Shown here: one piece after another, positions 6,381 to 11,502 of the stretch
How positions within the stretch are numbered: the first letter of the stretch is position 1
Layout of the letters: each line of letters opens with the position of its first letter
Virus record (IMG/VR): IMGVR_UViG_3300027733_000047
DNA from: a virus
Lineage: Duplodnaviria > Heunggongvirae > Uroviricota > Caudoviricetes
DNA length: 11,502 bases
Reading direction: 5' to 3' (one strand)
The notes under the pieces: generated by a model
What the model was told of the DNA's origin: nothing
What the model saw: only the letters and a program-made list of their open reading frames with translations
Database searches by the model: none
Translations under genes and position numbers: made by a program

Positions 6381-6875
6381 ATGGCTAATTACAATTTTAA
6401 TAAAGACCTTATACTAGGTGAAGAAGGTGAAGAAGTTATAATAAAAGACCTGCTAACGATGGGCGCTAATTATGACTCAAACAATAAAAATAACACACAT
6501 GACGTTATCGTTACCTATTTAGGTAGAAAAATTAGTTATGAGTGTAAAACAGATTTCTTTGATGATACTGGTAATATGTTTATTGAAACATCTTGTCGTG
6601 GTAAAGAATCAGGTATATCGGTAACAAAAGCCGATTGGTTTGTAACATACTTTAAAGTATTAAATGAAATCTGGTACATCAAAACGGCTAAATTAAAAGA
6701 AATCTTAAGTAGCCATGACCATAAAAAAGCTACCCAAAGCGGTGACCTTGGTAGCGATACCGAAGGTGTCCTTCTAAATAAAAACATGTTTCGTGACGAT
6801 TTTATTGTTAGACATGCGACAAAACATATTGAAATCATTAAAAAATGGCAAAAAAAGTACAAGAGCCAAAACTAA
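6381..6875 (+). CDS. PD-(D/E)XK (restriction-endonuclease-like) nuclease-fold protein
   Basis: Helix G-x-x-G-E, then THDVIV and YECK, followed by TGNMFIE...GKESGISVTKADW, a common phage PD-(D/E)XK pattern. Confidence 0.7.
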   Translation: MANYNFNKDLILGEEGEEVIIKDLLTMGANYDSNNKNNTHDVIVTYLGRKISYECKTDFFDDTGNMFIETSCRGKESGISVTKADWFVTYFKVLNEIWYIKTAKLKEILSSHDHKKATQSGDLGSDTEGVLLNKNMFRDDFIVRHATKHIEIIKKWQKKYKSQN

Positions 6876-7423
6876 TCGTAGAACTAATACCTAAAACTTG
6901 CCAATACTCAAATGTCAGAACCACACTCAAAAAAAAAGAATGGGATAAAATACGATTAATCGTATACGAAAAAGCTGGACATAAATGTGAAATATGTCAC
7001 CAAACTGGTTTAGAACAAGGTTATCGACATAAATTAGAATGTCACGAAATCTGGAAATATAACGACACAAAAAAAATACAAAAACTTGTTGGTCTTATAG
7101 CACTATGCCCACTATGCCACCAAGTAAAACATATCGGAAGAACCTCATTCATTGGCAAACAAAAAATAGCGCTAGATAGACTATCCAATATAAACAAATG
7201 GAATCTAGAAGAAGTTACACAACACGTAGCTGAAGCCTATGAAAAAAATAAAGAAAGGTCCAATTTTGATTGGACCCTTGATATATCTTTATTGAAAAAA
7301 TCACCCTATAATATTGTTATCAATTCAACAGAAACTCGTAAATACGAAAAAGTTAAATACAAAAAACGTAAATATATAAAAAAGAAAACCGCTAAAAGAA
7401 AAAGACCAAAGAAAAAAAATTAG
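6845..7423 (+). CDS. HNH-family (beta-beta-alpha-metal) endonuclease-like protein with Zn-binding Cys pairs and a basic tail
   Basis: CEIC...LECHE...LIALCPLCHQVKH and a Lys/Arg-rich C-terminus. Overlaps the upstream gene by 31 nt. Confidence 0.8.
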   Translation: MAKKVQEPKLIVELIPKTCQYSNVRTTLKKKEWDKIRLIVYEKAGHKCEICHQTGLEQGYRHKLECHEIWKYNDTKKIQKLVGLIALCPLCHQVKHIGRTSFIGKQKIALDRLSNINKWNLEEVTQHVAEAYEKNKERSNFDWTLDISLLKKSPYNIVINSTETRKYEKVKYKKRKYIKKKTAKRKRPKKKN

Positions 7424-7650
7424 CCTTTATTGCTAGCAGGTATGCTCTTAAATAATATACCAAAAAGGGTATAAAGTGCAAACGATTCCCAATAGCTAAT
7501 TGCTGGCAATTGGAAAATATCTACAATAACCCAATTCCATAACCACATCACTGGAAAGGCCAACAATAACGCCGCGCCAAATAATCCAATGGTAACAAGC
7601 GCTAACGCACCTAAAAAAACTCCTAAATACTGTAATAAATTTCTTTTCAT
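7420..7650 (-). CDS. Integral membrane protein (76 aa, about two transmembrane segments)
   Basis: Long hydrophobic segments and the MWLWNW...IF.L..ISYWES..L pattern seen in phage membrane proteins. Start set at MKRN (7650) behind an A-rich leader. Confidence 0.75.
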   Translation of the reverse strand: MKRNLLQYLGVFLGALALVTIGLFGAALLLAFPVMWLWNWVIVDIFQLPAISYWESFALYTLFGILFKSIPASNKG

Positions 7651-7660
7651 TTTTTTAATT

Positions 7661-7834
7661 TTATTTTTTATCATTATTAATAATTGATTTATATCTAATA
7701 CTGTCTTCTTTTGTAAATTCCACAATTTTCCACACTTTTGGATTAAATGTAAAATTTATATTTTCTTTTTTAACTGTTGTCATTGATGGTTTACATGCTG
7801 TAAACAACAAAGCAATTAATAATAATTTTTTCAT
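7661..7834 (-). CDS. Small lipoprotein (signal peptidase II substrate)
   Basis: MKK-LLLIALLF-TA-C14: basic n-region, hydrophobic h-region and lipobox Cys. Start set at 7834. Confidence 0.7.
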   Translation of the reverse strand: MKKLLLIALLFTACKPSMTTVKKENINFTFNPKVWKIVEFTKEDSIRYKSIINNDKK

Positions 7835-7868
7835 AATTTTTTTTATAAATGTGTAAAGCAAAACCCTA

Positions 7869-8135
7869 CTAATATGTAAACTCGTATTCAGAATTACCAG
7901 TTTTAAACTTAACGTAGCCATCCCGCTCCTCCAATATCTCAGTAACTGTTGTTGTTAGCCAATAATCTTGACCCGAATAACTTCTAGCCGTTACAGCGCC
8001 AACCAATAAACTACACCCAATCGTTGGTCTGTTGCCAACAACCTCTTTAAATGTGCCATCTTCATTCCAAGATATTGCTTCAACCCTAGAACCAGAATCA
8101 CCAGCACCATCTCGTAAACGTTTTAAATTTGCCAT
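7869..8135 (-). CDS. Hypothetical beta-rich phage protein
   Basis: Intact ORF with the pattern PTIG...VG...ARSY..QDYWLTT.VTEI...FKTGNSEY and a host-type promoter upstream. Confidence 0.8.
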   Translation of the reverse strand: MANLKRLRDGAGDSGSRVEAISWNEDGTFKEVVGNRPTIGCSLLVGAVTARSYSGQDYWLTTTVTEILEERDGYVKFKTGNSEYEFTY

Positions 8136-8150
8136 GATATAATTTTTGTG

Positions 8151-8182
8151 TAAATATACGCACTTTCTTTATAAAATGCAAA
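8151..8182 (-). promoter_or_regulatory. Bacteroidota-type promoter (one mismatch)
   Basis: TTTG (8182..8179), 20 nt, then TATATTTA (8158..8151). Confidence 0.65.
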
Positions 8183-8189
8183 TATTTAT
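8182..8189 (+). promoter_or_regulatory. ATATTTAT putative late promoter for the 8200-10770 operon
   Basis: Exact motif copy, 10 nt before an in-frame GTG at 8200. Confidence 0.6.
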
Positions 8190-8199
8190 AATAAAAACT

Positions 8200-9054
8200 G
8201 TGATATTTTATAAAAACATATTATTAGAAGCTGACGACGTTATTAAACGCCCAATATTTCATTTTACGGAATTAACAGGTATGTATGAAACGGCTATGAA
8301 AGGGTTGGATACAGAACTAAACATTCCAAAGGATGTGTTTAAAAGTTTCCAAATAAAAGATGAACTATACCCAAAAATGTGGGCAAATGAACAACTTAAA
8401 CCAGAAATTAGAAAACAATTACTCAAAATAGCTGTAGATTTTTTTACAAAATTAGAATTACCAGATGAAATAAAACTAAAAGATGTCTTGTTGGTCGGCA
8501 GCCTAGCTAATTATAATTGGTCCGAATACTCAGATGTTGATATGCATCTTGTTGTTGATTTCTCACAATTTAAAGAAGATGAAGAATTTATAAAAAAATT
8601 CTTTGACGCACAAAAAAATCTTTATAATATAAAACACGACATCAAAATCGCTGGCCATGACGTAGAAGTCTACGTACAAGACAAAAACGACAAGGTACAC
8701 GCTGGCGGCATATACTCATTGCCTAAAGATAATTGGGTACGTATGCCTATTAAAAATAGATTTACAGTTGATAGAAAAAATGTTAAACTAAAGGTAGATA
8801 AGTTCTTTGATAAAATCAAAAGCATTGAAAACACTTACAAAAAAGAAAATTATAAAGACGTAATCACTAAAATAGACGCACTAAAAGACTCGATAAAAAA
8901 AATGAGACAGGCTGGATTAGAAAAAGGTGGGGAGTACTCAATAGAAAATATTGTCTTTAAAGTGCTAAGAAGAACCGATTTTATGGAACTTCTAGATACA
9001 TATAAAAATAAATCTTACGATAAAATGGTAAGTGTAAACGAAGAACAACCATGA
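8200..9054 (+). CDS. DNA polymerase beta-superfamily nucleotidyltransferase (probable GTG start at 8200)
   Basis: hG[GS] motif LLVGSLANYNW, catalytic SDVD, third acidic strand VEVYVQD and C-terminal GEYSIENIVFKVLRR. The ORF-track starts at 8146 and 8176 lie upstream of or inside the promoter motif. Confidence 0.85.
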   Translation: MIFYKNILLEADDVIKRPIFHFTELTGMYETAMKGLDTELNIPKDVFKSFQIKDELYPKMWANEQLKPEIRKQLLKIAVDFFTKLELPDEIKLKDVLLVGSLANYNWSEYSDVDMHLVVDFSQFKEDEEFIKKFFDAQKNLYNIKHDIKIAGHDVEVYVQDKNDKVHAGGIYSLPKDNWVRMPIKNRFTVDRKNVKLKVDKFFDKIKSIENTYKKENYKDVITKIDALKDSIKKMRQAGLEKGGEYSIENIVFKVLRRTDFMELLDTYKNKSYDKMVSVNEEQP

Positions 9055-10073
9055 AAAATCTTATTTTAGAAAAATTACATATATTGCTTGAAGATAAGGG
9101 CTATAGGATTGCACCCCAAGACTACGGTGCGGAATTTAGACAAACTGGCTCAGGTAAGTCTATGACTGGTATTCCAAACAAAAATGTTATCTCTGACGAA
9201 AAACTTAATCAAGTAATGGCTCAATTAGCCCTAGCAAAAGAAATATCTCTAAAATATAAAAGAGCTTGGGATAAAGGTGAAGAAGGCATTTTCGTAAATT
9301 GGATGGGTAGAAAAATGCTTATGAGAATTCCTAAAGAACTTAGAACAGCTACAGACCCTAACGGAAGACCAGTAGACTATTCTAACTACTTTAATATCGC
9401 AACAATTGGTGATGGCGGATTCCAATACAAATTATACCCAAACGGAAATATACTAGGTGGTGTTGTACAATCTAGACCAGATATGGCCGATAGACCAAAT
9501 TTAACTGGCGCCGTAGATGCTGGATATGACAAAACATTTGACGATAGAATCAAATACTTTTTTGTTAAAGCTGGTATCATGGGCAAATATAAAGAAGAAG
9601 CTGGCAGATTCGCTAGCGTATTGGACACACCTGCCATAGACGCATCTGTTAAAGTACGTGTAATATTCCATGACGAAATACTAGACTTTCTTACCAAAGA
9701 TAAAGGTGCAGCACAATATACCGCAGATAAAAAAGGTGCCGAAATAGCAAACAAAATGGAATTCGAAAAGAAATTAGAAAAGATTAGAAAAGACGCTGAA
9801 ATCGCAATCGGTAAACCAGTTTATGGTAGCAAAACTTGGATGGACTTTAAAGATAAGCTTAAAATCATGTTTGATAACCCAGAAGAACAAAAGGCTATGG
9901 ATATCAACCAAATGACCAAAGATTTTATTAAACAATATCAAGAAACCAATACCGTTCTATATAAAGGTAAACAACAAATAACCATGGACCCAGACGAAGA
10001 AGCAGAATGGGAAAAAGAACAAAAAGAAAAATTAGCTAGAATAACAGCTGCTAAAGCTAGAATGAAAAAATAA
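9051..10073 (+). CDS. Hypothetical 340-aa protein with an ILE...LLE leader
   Basis: ATGA stop/start overlap with the nucleotidyltransferase. Charged helical C-terminus. Confidence 0.85.
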   Translation: MKNLILEKLHILLEDKGYRIAPQDYGAEFRQTGSGKSMTGIPNKNVISDEKLNQVMAQLALAKEISLKYKRAWDKGEEGIFVNWMGRKMLMRIPKELRTATDPNGRPVDYSNYFNIATIGDGGFQYKLYPNGNILGGVVQSRPDMADRPNLTGAVDAGYDKTFDDRIKYFFVKAGIMGKYKEEAGRFASVLDTPAIDASVKVRVIFHDEILDFLTKDKGAAQYTADKKGAEIANKMEFEKKLEKIRKDAEIAIGKPVYGSKTWMDFKDKLKIMFDNPEEQKAMDINQMTKDFIKQYQETNTVLYKGKQQITMDPDEEAEWEKEQKEKLARITAAKARMKK

Positions 10074-10077
10074 ACAT

Positions 10078-10770
10078 ATGAAAAAGAAACTATTAAAACA
10101 AAAAGAAAGGGCTATCATCGAAAGCTTTGCTAAGAATTTTAATAAAATTAAAAGACTTGACGAAAATGAAATTAGTGAAGAACCATTAAACGCCACCAAT
10201 CATTTACAGGTGGGCGATAGATTAGAAAAAATAAATACATCAACACCAGACACTTTAACTATTGTAAAAATAGATGGTAATAAACTTTTTATAAAATCAG
10301 ATGCGGCCAACCACGAATTTCAATGGACTCTAGATAGCGTCGATGATGAAATTAAAAGAGGTAAATTAAAATGGTTTCCAAAAAATGAATCACTAGATGA
10401 AATCAACCTTAAAAAAAGTTTGGCAACCCTAGGGTTAGCAGCAACCATGATGGGTGCACCTAAAGACGCTGCAGCTCAAATGCCACAACAACCACAAGGT
10501 ATAGAAAAATCGGTTGCTAGTGCTCAAGCTTTGGGCTTGCCAGAAGACAATCGCAAAGCGGGTAAAGTAGTTATTGATTCTTACACAAGAAATCCTTTTA
10601 CTGCCGATATGTGGAGCAAAAAAAGCCGTGAAAATCTAAGGTTTTTTAAAACACTTAAAAAACTTGTTGATTATTATATGGGCGGTGGACAAGTAGACGA
10701 TTCTGATATTGAAGAATTAGGCGCAATGGTAAAACAATCACCAGTTGCTATGGATTTCTTACAAAGATAA
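10078..10770 (+). CDS. Hypothetical modular protein: [IL]xE-rich leader, small beta-barrel-like module, internal signal-peptide-like segment, C-terminal domain
   Basis: 4-nt gap from the upstream gene. Contains IIE, LDE and ISE, then LQVGD...TIVKIDGNKLFIK, then LDE-INLKKSLATLGLAATMMGAPKDAAA-Q. Confidence 0.85.
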   Translation: MKKKLLKQKERAIIESFAKNFNKIKRLDENEISEEPLNATNHLQVGDRLEKINTSTPDTLTIVKIDGNKLFIKSDAANHEFQWTLDSVDDEIKRGKLKWFPKNESLDEINLKKSLATLGLAATMMGAPKDAAAQMPQQPQGIEKSVASAQALGLPEDNRKAGKVVIDSYTRNPFTADMWSKKSRENLRFFKTLKKLVDYYMGGGQVDDSDIEELGAMVKQSPVAMDFLQR

Positions 10771-10771
10771 T

Positions 10772-10797
10772 AAAAAAGGGGCCTAAAGCCCCTTTCT
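10772..10797. terminator. Bidirectional intrinsic terminator between convergent genes
   Basis: 8-bp stem AAAGGGGC/GCCCCTTT with loop CTAAA and A/T tracts on both sides. Confidence 0.85.
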
Positions 10798-10801
10798 TAT
10801 T

Positions 10802-11502
10802 TTAAAATGGTAATATATTATTCTCGGTAAAATCATCGACGTCCATTAAATTTAATCTATCCGCCATTGTAATTTCTCGTATCTCAAACTCTTGGACATT
10901 GTTCTCAAAATTAACATCGTACATCATAACCTTTGGCTTATTCTGAATCAACAATTGCATATCCCCGTCACACTTATGAGCATTGGCCAAAGCCTTGTTA
11001 AATGCCAATATCTTTTCTTGAACCTCAATCTGTAATTCAACAGGTGTATTACAATTATACTTGCCCCTGAATTGACCATTTTCCAAATATTTGTTTTGAG
11101 TACTTACCGTCCTAAAATTATCACCAATACCATATGATGATAATTGACGATAGTTTAATTCTAATGTATAACCGTTAATGTGATATATCCCAGCACCACC
11201 GTTGTCAATTTTATTGATGTAAGTGGCAACACAATGCTTTTGTGTCATACCCTCATATAGAACCTCTCTATTGGTTGTCAATAGCTTATATCCAGTCACC
11301 TCAGCAAATTTGCGATATATCTTGGAAACATTTAATTCACGATGCTCCTCAAACTCCAATACCGTGTTGGTAATCTCTTTGGACCAATCATTATGCATCT
11401 GAACCAATCGCTTAACACTCCAAGAACAATTAACCTTCATATCTAGTGTTCTGGCCATCTTACACGTATCAACAAACATATGATGTGACATCAATTCTGG
11501 CT
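10802..11502 (-). CDS. PcfJ-like domain protein, 5'-truncated by the window edge
   Basis: YKLLTTNREVLYEGMTQKHCVATY...IYHI...TLEL...GQFRGKYN matches the PcfJ-like EGxxMxHCVxxY pattern. The frame is open to the window end; the track start is a TTG at 11494. Confidence 0.75.
   Translation of the reverse strand, partial: PELMSHHMFVDTCKMARTLDMKVNCSWSVKRLVQMHNDWSKEITNTVLEFEEHRELNVSKIYRKFAEVTGYKLLTTNREVLYEGMTQKHCVATYINKIDNGGAGIYHINGYTLELNYRQLSSYGIGDNFRTVSTQNKYLENGQFRGKYNCNTPVELQIEVQEKILAFNKALANAHKCDGDMQLLIQNKPKVMMYDVNFENNVQEFEIREITMADRLNLMDVDDFTENNILPF

Noticed and set aside
6929-6937. A9 run in the HNH gene as a second slippage site
   Set aside because: The reading frame is intact (LKKKE) and I identified no meaningful alternative-frame product.
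9132-9161. TGSGKS in the 340-aa protein, resembling a Walker A motif
   Set aside because: Lacks the G/A five residues before GK, a preceding hydrophobic strand and any clear Walker B. Likely coincidental.
6536-9754. Minus-strand ORFs 6536-6862 and 9386-9754
   Set aside because: Antisense shadows inside plus-strand genes, with no independent signals.
1-11502. Stop-codon reassignment, CRISPR array, tRNA or IS element
   Set aside because: Genes tile the window in the standard code using TAA, TGA and TAG stops. No repeat-spacer array, tRNA consensus, transposase or terminal inverted repeats were seen.

Overview
AT-rich, gene-dense window from a large tailed phage that probably infects Bacteroidota (inference). 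Host evidence: four TTTG-N20-TAnnTTT(G/A/T) promoters, A-rich leaders without Shine-Dalgarno sites, and a type II signal-peptide lipoprotein. About 20 CDSs read in the standard code. Recognisable products: an ABC ATPase and a GNAT-like acetyltransferase joined by a slippery G-GGT-TTT-TTT site, a YkuK-type RNase H-like protein, an LRR-tailed protein, thioredoxin, a PD-(D/E)XK and HNH nuclease pair, a Pol-beta-family nucleotidyltransferase and a partial PcfJ-like protein. Two promoter classes are interleaved: host-type (likely early) promoters and a recurring ATATTTAT motif (likely late). Many ATATTTAT-driven genes share N-terminal [ILV]-x-E leaders resembling capsid-targeting and prohead-protease sites. 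One of them looks like a polyprotein with an internal signal peptide directly behind such a site. No tRNA, rRNA, CRISPR array or mobile element was seen. All family calls come from motif recognition by eye; no searches were run.
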